In this document: positions 38,001 through 52,624 of the stretch, one piece after another
How positions within the stretch are numbered: position 1 is the first letter of the stretch
How the letters are laid out: each line of letters starts with the position of its first letter
Source: Leucoraja ocellata
Lineage: Eukaryota
DNA length: 64,000 bases
Reading direction: 5' to 3'
Assembly: GCA_036785375.1 (NCBI GenBank)
Contig: JAWMAR010000079.1
Span: 930,001 to 994,000, forward strand
Program-made: the position numbers and the translations under genes
Notes under the pieces: generated by a model
Database searches by the model: none
Told to the model about the DNA's origin: nothing
The model's input: only the letters and a program-made list of their open reading frames with translations

Positions 38001-41000
38001 TAAATAGTTTAAACGTGTGGTGACTTCCCTATGTCTCAATCGGATGTCAAGGCCATCGATCATTAGCAACTGGGAATAGATATCGTCGCATTGAAACTCC
38101 TGGTATTGCCTTTCCTAAACTCTGTCCCTTTATTGTGCTTTGAGAAGTGTGGTTGGACTCGCTTTGAATTTGTTTGCTTACGTTAATCCTGTCACTTTTA
38201 TTTGATTGCATTTTCCCTCTTCCTAGCTGTTAGGGGCATAATCCCAGGCAAAGGTGACTCGGTAAATAAGACTGGAATCCCTAAAATGTAGCAGGTTAAG
38301 GACAGATTTGATTTTTACGATTGAGAAAATAAATGAGGAGAGTTTTTTTTCCGGCTTACGCCAAGATAACTGTGGAGCTTTAATATCAGTGGCAATCCTT
38401 CAGAGAGGATGGACAACATTTTGAGAACTAACCTCAGCAGGGAAGAGGTTAGTCCACCAAAGTTGAATGGCACTACCCTTTTCTGCAGATTTAATGGTTG
38501 GGAATGGCACAGAATGAGTGAAGGGCTGCATGTTCAAAGGAGTGAGATTGGAATGGGCGAGGGGATGGTTGATGTAACAGCAGCAGTTGGCAATGAAAAT
38601 GTGGAGAGAGTGGACAAGGCTGGCAGGAGGTGTCCATGAGGAAGTGGTGGAGACTGGAGAAAGGATATTCTGTAGGGGAACAAAGATTCCTCGTCAAATA
38701 AATAGGGCGCAGAGGCGACAGAAGAGGAGAATAACCTCGTGGTGGGCTCAGAAGTCATTGAGGAATGGGTGCAGGACTCTAAAGTCAAGGCTTCCATTGG
38801 TAGCAAGACCAAACCAGTACGTTACATTCCAAATGTGGTCTGACCAGCCCCAAAGTAATTGGAATGTACTGTGTAAAGAACATAACATTCCCATCTCTTG
38901 GTTTATACCAGGTTGTCCTAGCCACACTTTCCTCAAATGCCACATTAAAATAACCACTGACCGATCAGATTGCAGTCAGCAATATTACACTATGCAGACT
39001 AGATTGTCTCGTGCAAAACCCAACCTGGACAAAGGAAGTCATGTAGTAAAGAATGTATTTGTAGGATGAAGTGAGCATTGATGAGCGAGATGGGGAACAT
39101 CCATACAGGATGGACAGTGCTTATGTGAGAGATGGGGAGAAATTAGAAATATGTGGGCTGGCACATAAACAAAGCTAAACACATAAACCAAGGGTGGAGT
39201 CCTGATCTCCCAATCTACCTTGTCATTACCATTGCAATTTTTCTCATATGCACTTTCACCCGCTGTAAAGCTATTTTGCGCTTCGGTTATTTCTCCTTTT
39301 GCACTCTTTGTACATGTGTATGGCTTGATTGTATTTGTGGATAATATTATTTGATTGAATAGTGCACAAACAAATTTTCACTGTATTTTGCTACAGATAA
39401 CAATCGAACTACACCATTTTGAGCACACAGCTCCACATTAAATCCTGACCTGTATGTGTGAAGTTTGCACATTCTCCCTCTGACCAGTTTCCTCCTGGTG
39501 ATCTAGTTTCCTCCCAGATCTTAACAATGTGTGGGTTGATAGGTTTTGTTAATAAGCCTTTGTATTTTCCCCCTGATGTGTTGGCAAGTGGTGCTATCTG
39601 GGCAGTGTTGATGGGAATATGGAGAGAATCAAATGGATTGAGGTATTATTGGAAGAGGGATCAAGCACCCATCAATGCAACTTTGCGGGCTGAAGGGGCA
39701 CTTTCCACGCTTTGACTCAGTTTCAGAAATACATTGTTCCTGTTTGTTTCAGACATGCAACACAATCTGGGACTTCAATGAAAGTCAACTCCAGAAGTGT
39801 GCAAATACTACTGCACTCGGAGGAAGAATTTAGCCTGAAGGAAAGGGAAGAAGGCAAACAATGGATTTGCAATCTAACATTGCTAGTTCTATTTATCTAA
39901 AGAACATGGAAATATATTAATTAGATTACAGCCTTGTAAGCACTCTTGGTACTCATTAATCTAAGGAATCCCGAGTAGAAGTAGATATTCAAACTGAAGC
40001 TACACAGGCTCTGTGCGTTTCCTCTTTAGGCTGCTTTAAACCTTCATTTTTCACTTCTCATTACTTTCAGTTCAGCTGTTTTTCCAGCTGTTTCCCTGTG
40101 TGGGCATCTCCACATCTGTTGTACATTGGAGTTTCATCATTTGTTGCATTTTCTGGGACGGAGCGAGGGGGGGGGAGGGGAATCCCTTCAAGACTTTTTC
40201 TGCCGCAGCTCAGGAAACTTCTGTGATCACGGAGGCAGAAGCAGCTGCTCAGGGGATCAATGAACAGCAACGTATTTAGTAAAGGACAAAGGCTTTTCTT
40301 CTTAAAGCTTTCTGTGCACGGAGCCCATTCAGCAAGCAGCCCAAACATCGCAGAACAATGCTTCACAAGTTGTGGAGCACACTTTGGGCATTATTGCCCA
40401 AGACATACCTGTAATATCTCCCCTTTGCTGTCATTAAGCCAGCCTCCAGAGAGCTTGTTTTAAACAATTTCAGTATACAAATACCCAAACTATTCAAGAA
40501 CAATTTTCCTTATAACAACCAATGTGTTGCAAGAGGAGCCACAGGAGTGTAGTACTATGTTGGCTCAGTCCAAGGGTTTGATTTAAGGAAAGTCTCTTCC
40601 ATGTAGAAGAGAACTGGGGAAGGAATTTCAGAGAATCAAGCCTTATCCTGGCATGGATTCTCCCAACATTATAATGCCCACCATTTACCTGGCAATGAGT
40701 TTGCATACCTCCGCTATGCAAGGAACCGCATTCAATGCTCTGCCCAATATCTCTGTAGAGGGATCACAGCAAACTTCCTCTGCAATGCTCCAGTGAAGTT
40801 CCTCGTGTTGAGGAGACTGGAGTAAATCCAAATCTGGGAGAAGGAATCAGCTCGTGAACGGTGTGGGCTCAAGGATGAAGGATTGGGTATCACTTGCCTT
40901 CCCAAGATTAAAGGACTGGTGGGATCAGCTGGTGGGTACACTGCCTGCAGCTGGGGCCAAATAGCACTGACCCAGATCTGAACCTAGTCATGGGTGGTCT

Positions 41001-41692
41001 CAACAGCTCGGATACACCCTTCAAATGCAAGGCCATTGGCAGATCCTAGCGAAGTGAAGCTGGAAGGCCGATTGAAACCACACTCATTGAACCCAAACCT
41101 CAGATTGAATTGTGTTGCCTTGCTTGAGCATGTTGCACAAACCCCTCAAACTAACAATATTCCCAATAAAACCATCAGCTACACAGAGACTGAAACTAAC
41201 CAGATGTCTCCCGTGACCTGCAGTGGCTTTAGGCTACTGCCTTGGTTTAGTGACTTCTTTTTTGGCTCAGCAGGATTAATGACATTCAATGACAGGTGTG
41301 GTCTGAGTGCTAGTCTCAGATCCCAGAGGAGTAAACAGATCAACTGAAAACCCTCAGGGAAACGTACAATGCAATTAAGCCCTAATAAAGGAAACAGAGG
41401 AAACGTTTTAACACCAAGCGCTGGAGGCCCACTGTGGACTGGTGATCTCTCTCAGTAACTGTGGATCGTAAAGGATGAAGTATTGAACAAATACCATTTG
41501 CTGTCTCAGCTGATTGTGCTACTGCAGTCTGTGCAGCAAGGTAATAGGTTCTGGATTTTGGGCTTCAGACCGTGACCAGGACTTTGTGCATCAGTGGGCT
41601 GTGCTTTTGCCCCAATTCAGATACTGGAGCATACAGTTAAGGTGGGGGGGGGGTGGGGTAGCTACTCTGTCAGTGCAGATATCCCCCCTCAA

Positions 41693-41963
41693 GACGGCAC
41701 AGCAGTAGCATTGCTGCTTCACAACGTCAGATACACAGGTTCGATCCATCTCTGCAAGTAGTTTGTACATTCTCCCCATGACCTGTGTGGGTTTTCTCCA
41801 GGTGCTCTGGTTTCCTCCCACACTCCAAAGATGTACATGTTTGTAGGTTAATTGGCTTGGTATAATTGTAAATTGTTCCTAGCTTTAGTGTGCGTGGATC
41901 ATTGGTCAGCATGGACTCGGTGGGCCGAAGGGCCAGTTTCCTCGCTGTATCTCCAAACTAAAT
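41693..41963 (+). mobile_element. HE1-like V-SINE
   Basis: V-core and tail intact. Confidence 0.85.
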
Positions 41964-44900
41964 AAAGCCCCCATTAAGATCCCTGCTGCCTTCATTTGGG
42001 GTCTCGTGTTATGGATAAAGTAGCTGCTGCACTGCCAACATTTAGTTTTGTATTGTCACATGTACCGAGGTACAGTGAAAAGCTTTTGTTGCGTGCAATT
42101 CAGTCAAATAAAAGATTAGCCATTGTTACAATCAAGGTGTCCAGTGTACAGATACAGCATGAACAGAACAATTTAAAAGATAGTTCAAAGGACTCGGAGG
42201 TAGATGGGTGGTCAGCACGACACTAGCAGGTGAGAGGACTATCAAAGGGACTATCTCTTAAAGGATAAGAACAAATGAATCAACTGTGGAAGTCAGGGGC
42301 AGATTATACTTCTTTGCCCAAGTCACAAGTTGCTACTAGCAGGGCTAATGGACTTGCCAAACAGGTTAGGCTGTACTAATAGAGACAAAATCTGAGCCAA
42401 TGTCACAGATAGATGACTGGCAGAAATGTAATTGTGCTTCCCTGTCAGGGAATCACACCTGAAATGTTGACTGGTTTTCCTTCCACAGATGCAGATGTAA
42501 GCATTTCCAATTAATGCATCTGCAATTCGTTTCCTTTTCAAAATCGTGGTCAATCTCCCCAGCACCCACTTTACTGGAGAAAGTATCTCATAACTCCTCA
42601 CTATGAAAGATACACAGAAATTGGTTCCCCAAATAGGAGAGGGTGGACCTATTGACCCCAAATATCCAGAGAAAGTAAATTAGAAAAAGCCAAGGTTCTT
42701 CAACATGTAGCAAAACATAGAAACAGCCCTTCAGCCCACCTCGTTGCTGAACAAATTGACATATTGGGTTCATCCCACTTACCTGCATTGGCCCATAGCT
42801 CTCTGAACTAAGGATTTCGCCCCAAAACATTGCCTATTTCCTTCACTACATAGATGCTGCTGCACCCGCTGAGTTTCTCCAGCCTTTTTGTGTACCTTCT
42901 TCATATATCTGTCCAAAATTATTTTAAAAGTTGTAATTGTATCCATTTCTGTAGCACTTAAAGAAACCATTTTCCCCATTTCAGAGACAGACCAGGGAAA
43001 GAGGCCTCTTGGCTTAACAACTGTGCCTTTTAGCTTAAAAGCTGCCGTGCCTGCTGTAAGAAAAGTGAAATATCTCACAAAGCATAATTAACAGCAGTAT
43101 GACGTCCATTCCATTCCTATTATTTATTCCCTTCCAGAGAATTATCATTACTTTAGCTCAGCGAAGTGGGCAGTATAATGCATGTGCCACACTGCTCACT
43201 GTGTAATGACATTCTCATTGTTTGATAATGGACTTAAGGAGAGGAATATCAAAGAACGAAGAATATCAAAGTTAATTCATGACCATTACCAAGAAGGAAA
43301 GTGTGCAGCAGATTTACTCAAGAATTGGGTCAAAGGTTGAGAGCATGAAAATGGAGATTGAAACTTTAATCCAATCAATAACAAAGAACAAGTAGAGTTT
43401 CTAAAGTTTTGATGACTCATTGAAGCCCTAAGCACGGAAGTAGGTATAGACGTCCAACTCAATCTTTGTTCCCACTCTTTCCCAACAGTAGTCTCCTTTT
43501 CAAATTCACCAGGACATCATGGAAATGCAAGGGAAATTGACATGGGCATTAATCAGGTGATATAGACCAGTAAAACATTCTGCTGTAATTCTAGGTCGTA
43601 TTCAGGTCTCTCCAATTGATCCTCATGGACGGGTGGAAGGTCAGCCTGGGTTCCAAGGCAGTATCGGCCCTGTAGGATCTTGTGTGGAAGGAAAGCCAGA
43701 AGATCTCCAAAACAGAGCCCCTCTCCCCCCAGGCCTGGAACAGAGACAGTTATCCTCAGCCCCGCTCCAATAGGCTATTCCTAGATCAGGAACCAAAACT
43801 CACTTCCTCCAGGGAACTCTCCAAATCAGCTTTTGGTTGGAATCTTCCTTTGCAAGAACAAAGCATAACACACACCCCATCCCCACAGTAGGTGCCCAAT
43901 GAACACAAAGGAGATAACATTGGATGGGGCTCCTTCTGCACAGCGTTAGGAAATCTTGAATTCCTGCCTTGAAACACCAGGACATCCACATTTAAAACAG
44001 GTAGGGCAAGTAGCTCCAACACATCGTCTAGGCGCCAACTTTGTCCGAGTGAACGATTCAGTGTTTCCAGAGTAATCAGGACCATGGGAGCTCCGTTAGA
44101 TTGACTAATATCATGAAGGGTGATCGCTCGGCCACTGCCAGGTAGCTTTGTAAAGAGGTGGGAGGAGAAAAACAATGCAGTGCGGGATGTCGGATCAATC
44201 ACAAGTACACTACTTGCAATCTGGTACCTCCAGCGGAGAGCACAACAATACCACGGGAGAAAGGAGTGCGCCTAGGTCGGGGAACTCCACCCGTTTACAC
44301 CTCGCCTACCCTTCTGCAAGTTGGGCTACGTAAACACAACATCCCTCAACACCCACCCCACCTCTAACATCCTCCAGCCCCACTATCCTGGCCTAGAACT
44401 CTATTCCCCTATTTACTGCGGCTCCACAGTTTCACTCACCGGTGAATTAAATCACACAAGGATGGAAGACCTTGAAAGGAGTGCAGAGGATTCAGCAGAA
44501 TGGTCCCAAGAATGCCAGTGGAGTGGCTCGGAGGAGAAGTCGAGCCAGCCGAGGATAAAGGACAGCTCATTCAGTCGGAGAGATACAGCACAGAAACAGG
44601 ACATTTCCAATAGCTGTCCACGGACACAAACATCCACATACACACTAGGTGCAATATACAGTGGAGAATTAACCCAGATTTTTGGGATGTGGGAGGAAAC
44701 TAATCTGGTCACAGGGAGATCATACAAACTCCATACAGGTAACACCCAAGGACAGGATTGAACCCAGGTGTCTGCATCCTCTGCCATTTAAACAAAGGCA
44801 TTGAAAACCAGCTGAAGGGTCTCGACTCAAAACATCACCCATTCCTTCTCTCCAGAGATGCTGCCTGTCCCTCTGAGTGACTCCAGTATTTTGTGTCTTT

Positions 44901-45121
44901 CTTCGATTTAAACCAGTATCTGCAGTTCCTTCCTCAACATTCAAAACCAGATTGGCTTGACTGATGGAGTGGAAAACTACAGGGTCAGGAGTGTGTGTCA
45001 CTAGTGAAGGCAGTGGGTAAAATTATATACTAAAAAGCCAGAGCAAGGGCAAAGCAAAAAACAAATCGCTGCTGGAAATTAGCACATCAGTGGAGGGTGA
45101 TTTTTCAGGTCTGGACCCTCC

Positions 45122-45435
45122 TCAAGTCAAGTCAAGTCAAGTCAAGTTTATTTGTCACATACACATACGAGATGTGCAGTGAAATGAAAGTGGCAATGCT
45201 CGCGGACTTTTGTGCAAAAGACAAACAACAAAACAACCAAACAAATTATAAACACAATCATAACACACATATTCTTTTACATAATAAATAATAGAAGGAA
45301 AAACGTTCTGTAGAGTTAGTCCCTGGTGAGATAGGCGTTTACAGTCCGAATTGCCTCTGGGAAGAAACTCCTTCTCAACCTCTCCGTTCTCACTGCATGG
45401 CAACGGAGGCGTTTGCCTGACTGTAGCAGCTGGAA
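45122..45435 (-). mobile_element. Rex1/L2-type 3' end with (CTTGA)5 tail; similar tails at 33244-33425 (-), 37570-37710 (+), 48500-48617 (+) and 53720-54040 (+)
   Basis: Microsatellite tail, AATAAA and a preceding stem-loop. Confidence 0.65.
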
Positions 45436-46154
45436 CCGATGGAGAGCTTTTACATCAATGCTTGGTTGTGATGTGCAACACGCCATTATAAATGGCAGAG
45501 GATGCCGATCTGGTGAGAAATCTCAAAAGGGGGTTGTATGAAACTAAAGAGCGCTGGCAGATATTTGAGACACAACCGGACAAATGGCCTCATTCTGTGC
45601 TCTTGGATAATGAGTAATGGTTGTTTACTGAAACTAACAGGCGGGGGCAGTAGAGAGCCACAGAGGAAATACAGATTTTAATCAGTAAGCATCTTCTTTA
45701 AAATTTAACCTTAATCTCAGAAGAACTATTTGAACCATTGTGAATTTTATAAAGCAATGTTCATTTTAGCCACACACCCTAGATTCCCGAATAATCCAAT
45801 TGTTCACTAGATGCTGCTTGTGAAGCTATTTCACCGACATCACAACCAAAGGCACTTAGAGTCACAGAGTGATTCAGTATGGAAACAGGCCCTTCTGCCA
45901 AACTTGCCCACACTGGCCAACATGTACCAGCTACACTAGTCCCACCTGCCAGCATTTGATCCATATCCCTCCAAACCCGTCCTATCCATGTACCTGTCTA
46001 ATTGCTTCTTAAATGTTAGGATAGTTCCTGCCTCAACTACCTCCACTGGCAGCTTGTTCCATATATCCACCACCTTTTGTGTGTAAAAATTACCTCTCAG
46101 GTTCCTTTTAAATCTTTTTCCCCTTCACCTTAAACCCATGTGCTCTGGTCATAC

Positions 46155-46360
46155 TAATGTCAGGGGAGTGGATGGGACAGAGATAGAATCTCCGACTACA
46201 TTTTATCTCTGTACTGCCCACACCCCTGACATCAGTCTGAAGGGACTCGACCCGAAACGTCACCCATTCCTTCTCTCCAGAGATGCTGCCTGTCCCGCTG
46301 AGTTTCTCCAGCACTTTGTGTCTACCTTCGATTTAAACCAGCATCTGCAGTTATTTCCTC
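46155..46360 (+). mobile_element. Penelope-derived terminal repeat with damaged hammerhead core; further decayed copies at about 24750, 26380, 31590, 35195, 37200, 42800, 44810, 49160 and 56680-56925
   Basis: cagtctgaagggactcgacccgaaacgtcacccattccttctctccagagatgctgcctgtcccgctgag. Confidence 0.8.
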
Positions 46361-47563
46361 CACATTACAATCAAGCCATTCAGTGTACATATACACAAGG
46401 AATCTTGCTTGCTGCAGCACCACAGACAAGTACACAAATTACATATTTAAAAAATAAAAACCAAACCAAAAAAGATATTTATTCTAGACAAATTGGCATG
46501 ATTTATGGCAAGACGAAGGAGTGATAAAGGGGTCCTCAGGTGGAAGCTTTATTCAATGTACATTGCACGGCTGATATCTGGAACTCAGGTACAATCACTA
46601 CATTTAAGTGATATTCAGACAGGCATTTAAATAGGCAGGACCTAGAAGTCTATTGACCCAATCTTGGCAAATAGGATTAATGTAGATGGGCTAGAAGGTT
46701 AGCATGAACATGGTGTGACGAAGGGCCCGTTTCTATACTGTACAAATATCACACTGCGACACAGTGCCCATCTATTTCCTCTCAATCTCAATTCCTTTCT
46801 GCATTTACCTGCATTAGGCTAATCTACAATGGTGGATTAAACCACCAGCACTTTGGTATACGAGGCAGTGGGGGAGGGGGAAACCAACACATAGGACGGA
46901 ACCTATGCGTTCATTGGAAGAGCATACAAACTCCACAAGGACAGCATTGGAAGCAGGGATTAAACAGACAGCTGGAGCAGCGTGGCAGCAGCACTAAACA
47001 CTGTGCCACACTTACAAGAAGCTCAGCATGCAGAAGGATCACTCTGTCCCACATCTTCCTGAAGAAATAAGATCAGAGTGTGGCAACTCTTTGCATTCTC
47101 TTCCCACAGGAGGATGGCCCATCACCTGTTACAACAGCCCTACTCTTTTAAATCTCTTTTTCAACCATATGCTGTACTACCTTCCCCTTTGCTCCACCTA
47201 TTGTACTTACATTGGACATGATCATATTTATGTGTAGTATCATCTAATTCAATTGGATAGCATGCAAAAGAAAAATCTTCTCACTGTACCTTGGTACACG
47301 TGACAATAATAAATATGAACCACCCCACAGCCCTCATGCATTCTGCACTACGCGGGAGACACTGACTGGAGGAACAACATTAGCAGAGATAATGGGATTG
47401 CCAATCCTCAAGGGACAAACAGGAATTGAAATTTAATCTCAGGATTCTGCCAGAGGCCAAAAGCAACAACAGTAAAAGGTCATTCAGGCATGAAGATAAA
47501 AACGTCTGTTTTCCTTAAAAATGGGCTTGGAATACTTTCTAATTAAAAGTTAAGACAAATCAC

Positions 47564-48131
47564 TTAGTTTAGAGATATAGCATGGAACCAGGCCCTTTGG
47601 CCCAAAGAGACCATCGATCACCCATTCACACTCGTTCTCATCCATCCCCTACACTCATGGGGCAATTTACAGAGACCAATTAGCCGACAAACCCACACAT
47701 CTGAGATGTAGGAGAAAGACCATGCAGTCACAGGAAGAACGTTCACACTCCACAGACAGCACTCGGTCAGGATTGAACCTTGATCTCAGTCGCTGTGAGG
47801 TAGAAGCTCTACCAGTTGTTCAGCACACTGATAAGAGAATGGTTTACTTTAGAGATATAGTGAGGAAACAGGCCCTTCGGCCCACCAAGCCTACAATCAC
47901 CAGCAATCCTCACATATTAACACTACAGACAATTTAAAATGGTACCAAACCAATTAACCTACAAACCTGTACGTCTTTGTAGTGTGGGAGGTAACCAGAG
48001 CTCCTAGGGAAAACCCATGGAAGTCACGGGGAGAACGTTCAAACTCTGCCTTACAGCACCTGTAGTCTGGATCAATCCCAGATTTCTGGTGCTATAAGGC
48101 AGCAGCTCTACCACTGTGCCACCGTGCCTCC
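47564..48131 (-). mobile_element. Two tandem HE1-like V-SINEs
   Basis: Copies at about 47564-47820 and 47842-48131. Confidence 0.85.
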
Positions 48132-50487
48132 CAATGTTGTGATTGACAGAATCTGTGTCAGGGAAATAAAGGCGAGTTCAGTGGGAAACTCCGATTTCAG
48201 ATGCCAAGGTGGCAGCAGGAACGGAGCCAGGAGTGACCCAGCAGTTAGCACAGCTGCTGTGTGAAGGTGCTGGGGAGACGGACCCATGTCTCACTGTTGT
48301 CCCCGGCACCTCCCAGAATTACAGCCGATAGATACCGCAATGTTCAGAACTTGCCTCATAATTTCAACAGTTCTCATCGACATGACAGCAAGCGAGAAGA
48401 ACCCCAGATCTCCCATAGAAACTCAGAGACATAAACGGTTCCCCGTGGAACAGAATTCAGCTGCAAAATTGTGTGCACTGCACTGCACTGGTGGATATAA
48501 ATGAGTGTTGATTGTGTGTATTTGTCATTTTTTTATTATATGTATGACTGCAGGGAAACTAAATTACGTTCAGACCGAAAGGTCTGAATGACAATAAACA
48601 AATCTAATCTAATCTAAGTTTCCACATACAGTGGCCAGAAAGATTGGATTTTTTGACATTGGTAGAGATAACCGTTATCCAGACACACAGGATGGTGTCT
48701 TGCTTACTCTTCAAAACTGTACACATTTCTGAATAGGATAATGTCATCTCTGAAAGCAGGCACCTCCTAAACCTGGAGGAGTATGCAAGATATTGGGACA
48801 GGTGATCGAAAGTCTAGTTAAATGTAGTAAACTCAGACATTGTATTTGCAATAAATAGTGTCCAAAGCAACTTCTTTAGTTAGCAGAACGTTGGCCACAA
48901 TGCATTCAACAGATTCTAGTTATTGAGCAGTTAATGCAGCAGGTAGTTAAGAGTTTCACAGGGAGATTAGACAGGGAGATGATTGCACATGAGACCTCAT
49001 ATACAAATTCATGCAAGATATTAATATAGTTTTTAAGGGACATATCAGAAGAGAGAGAAAATTCCAATGCCCAGGCACCTGTAAACAATGGTGACCAGTG
49101 GTGAATGGATGCAAACAATTAGGATCAAAGAATTCTCAAAGGATAGAATCTCCAAAACAGGGTCTCAACCCAAATCATCATCCATTCCTTCTCTCCAGAG
49201 ATGCTGCCTGTCCCGCTGAGTTACTCCAGCATTTTATGTCTATCTTCGGATAGAATCACCAAATGGAAAGGGCGTTCATCTCTTCCTGCCCATTGAAAGG
49301 CCCCGACTATCCTCTCTACATCACCCACCCATTTCTAAATCAATGCCGGAGATTTCCTTCCAACATCTTTCAGACAGTCATGACTTTGAATTGGAAACTT
49401 AGAGATTTTTCACATTTCCTCACTGCCTATAAAATGGCCATAATTTACAGTGACCTTCGCAGACTCTGCCGCACAGATCAATCCATCATCATCCTCTCAC
49501 ACTGCTGAGGCACATGAGAGACCTGCAATCTGGACTTTGTCACAAGAAGAGTACCCATTTACACACGGGCTTCAGCTCCACTTCTCTGCCTCCCTCTTTC
49601 TTGAAGCTCAGCCGTCTGACAAAGCCCATGATGACATGCCTGTGTATCTCATGGATACATCGCTGTGTATCGTTTGCAATCGTTTCCTGAAACAACAGTT
49701 CAGTTCATTGTCACGTGTATCGAGGTACAGTGAAAAGCTTTTGTTGTGTGCCAACCAGCCAGCGGAAAGACAATACGCGATTACAATCAAGGCATACCCA
49801 GTGTACGGGTAAAGAAAGAAATGTGGCTGTAGGAGTACAGATTTAAACGTGGGGTGATTGTAATATGTGATTGTAGATCCACTTCTTGCTTGCACACAAA
49901 TAGTCGCCTGGGTTGGGCACCATCTTGGAAGTGTCTCTGGTGCAACTTGGATTTATATGGTATTATCAATGTAAAATATATCTCAAGGTGCCACATAGAA
50001 GAGTGGGCAAACAGAAATTGGCACTAACCCTCCAAGTGGATGTCAGAGCAACTGACCAAATGCTCAAAGAGGTGGCCTTGCTGTTGTTAGTCGAGGTGTG
50101 AATTCTAAGTAGGAGGGTGTGAGTGGTTCAGAGTCACACTAGCCATGGTTGAAGCAGTGGAGGATGCAAAGCCAACGGACAAACAGGAACCAACACAGCA
50201 CAAAGGAAAGCTCAACTCTCAGAAATGCATCTCTGTCTGTTCAGTCCCCACAGAGCCTTTAAAACAGAATCCCACGTCCTATTTTCTGGAACACCGATAA
50301 CTCCACTGATTCCTGTTAAGTGGATTTCCTGTGCGTGGTGTTAGACCAAAGGATTTGACAGCAGAAGCAGATGGCCATCTCACACGGCCAGCCCAGCACG
50401 ACTGCGGCATTGCCTTTTCACTGGTAGATACAAAATGCTGGAGTAACTCAGCGGGACAGGCAGCATCACTGGAGAGAAGGAATGGGT

Positions 50488-50515
50488 GACGTTTCTGGTC
50501 AAGACCCTTCTTCAG
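50488..50515 (-). ncRNA. Minimal hammerhead ribozyme motif (helix II mismatch)
   Basis: Reverse strand CTGAAGA-A-GGGTCTTGACCA-GAAA-CGTC. Confidence 0.55.
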
Positions 50516-50799
50516 TCTTTTCACTTTCAGGACCAAAGGAACAGTTGCGGCGTCCAAACTCCACGAGAGGAAATGTAATGAATTTGGCAGAAGGTAGCCC
50601 CTTGTGAGAATCCAGATATCCTCCGGTTCAAGAAGCTAAATAGAACAGTCAGTACCGCCTCTCAGTATATAGAATCCTACAGCACTAATCAGAGCCTTTT
50701 CCATTCACCTTGTCCAGGTGGACTGTGACACCCAGCTCCACTCATCCCATTTGCCTGCATTAACCCCGTATCCCTCTGCACCTCTCCTATCTACGCACC

Positions 50800-51103
50800 T
50801 TTAGTTTGGTTTGCAATAGAGCACTGAAACAGGCCCTTTGGCCCACCGAGTCCACACAGACCAGCAATCACCCCGTACACTAGAACTATTCTACACGCTG
50901 GGGGCAATTTATAATAATAGCCAAAGCCAATTCATCTACAAACCTGTACCTCTCTGGAATGCGGGAGAAAACCAGAGTACCTGGAGAAAACGCTCGCGGT
51001 CACAGGGAGAACATACAAACTCTATACAGACAGCACCCCTAGTCAGGATTGAACCTGGGTTTCGTGTGCTGTAAGGAAGCAGTTCTACCACTCCACCACC
51101 CGT
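50800..51103 (-). mobile_element. HE1-like V-SINE nested in a CR1 3' fragment
   Basis: CR1 tail sequence on both sides (50670-50800, 51105-51350). Confidence 0.8.
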
Positions 51104-52624
51104 ACAAAATGCCCGTCACATGTTGTGAATATATCCACCTATATCTCCACTGGCAGCTTGTTCCAGATATTCATTACCCTCTGCGTGGAGAACAATCTCT
51201 CCCCGCTCATCTTAAACCCGTCTTTCTAATTCTACAGCTTCTGCCCTGGGAAAAAAAGATTATGAGTACTCTTCACTTTTATGCAACTCTGCCGAGTCAC
51301 CACGTAACCTCATATGTTCCCGTAAGAATAAACCCAGTTTATTCAATCTCTAGCAAATGCCTAATGGTCATATGTACCAACAACAGGACATTGAAATTCT
51401 TACTTGCAGCAGCTTAACAGGCCCATCAACACAAATAATATATAATAATTATTTAAAAGTTTCATAAATTAATATTCATACAAATATAAAATAACCAAAG
51501 CCCTTAGTGCTTATAACTACAGCTCTCCCATTCCATGAATTGTCCAGGTGAACCGCTTCTGCACTCACTCCATTGCTACCACAACAGCCTTCTTGCAGTG
51601 TGAACAAAAGTGTGCATCATACACCGACTCCAACCAACATTTCATACAACGGCAACACAATATTCCAACTCTTAAACTCAATACATCAGCTCATGAAGCC
51701 AAGCCACCTTTACTTCTCCTCCGTCCCAGCCTATCTCCACATCTCTTAGGGACCAAAGCGCTTCTGATCACATTCTTGAATCCATTCAATGGCTGAGTAA
51801 CAACACCTCTCTGGAGAATTCCAAATATAATGACAACCTGGGTGCAGAAGTTAGAATAATAAACAAGAGGAGGCCATTCAGCCCCTCAAGTCTGCTCTGC
51901 CATTCAATACAATCATGACTGAATATCTCTCCCAATGTTATCGTCCTGCTCTTTCCCAATGCCCGTCAAGATCTCTGTACTAGATAAATATTTCTAGCTC
52001 CTTCGTAACTTAAAATCAGCAAACTGGCCTCCACTTGTGATGGAGAATTTCACAGGCTCACTCTCAGATTTCTCTTCAGTTCAATTCAGCCCTAAATAAC
52101 TTACCGGTCAAACCACTCACTCTTTGCCAGCCCCTCAAACCGTCTCCAGGCAGGAGGATTGACGACAAATCATTGCTGAGGAAGTTTCACTAACAACAGA
52201 GCCTCTTAAAACAGGAGAGTGACACAGGTGATTCACATTGATCACACCTGGGGAAGGGTCATCCTCATTGATTAGCAACTGCCTGGTATTAATCACAGGT
52301 GGAGCGTGTGATTTGCTCCTGATTAGGTGCACTATGGTTTATTTGCTGCAATGAAGGAGTCTCTCATGTAAAAGTGCAATTCTCAGGCAGCAGACTGCTT
52401 CATGCATGACACACGAGACACCTGTAGGAATTGCCACACTGTGTTCAAATCCCCTGTCCTGTTTGCATTCACCAAACTTGTTTGACCCTAGGGAAGTCCT
52501 AAAAAGTGTGAAAGGGTTTAATGTTGGGTAGATATGAGGCTTATAAAACTAGGAACCCTAAATATCAAATAGTTATAGTGAGTGATTTCAGGAGAGCTTC
52601 TAGCACTCTCAGATTGAGGAGAAT

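Noticed and set aside
38587-39069. 160-aa ORF
   Set aside because: Non-ATG start, lies next to decayed CR1-like sequence, no recognisable homology
43595-43773. + strand frame containing GQPGFQGSIGPVGSC (five Gly-X-Y triplets) after a possible AG acceptor
   Set aside because: The run is short, the frame closes soon after, and there are no other collagen-like exons nearby; compatible with chance
43786-44202. 138-aa ORF on the - strand, with a CFKCG word in another frame
   Set aside because: No recognisable domain, the zinc knuckle is incomplete, and there is no convincing splice context; a BLASTX search would settle it
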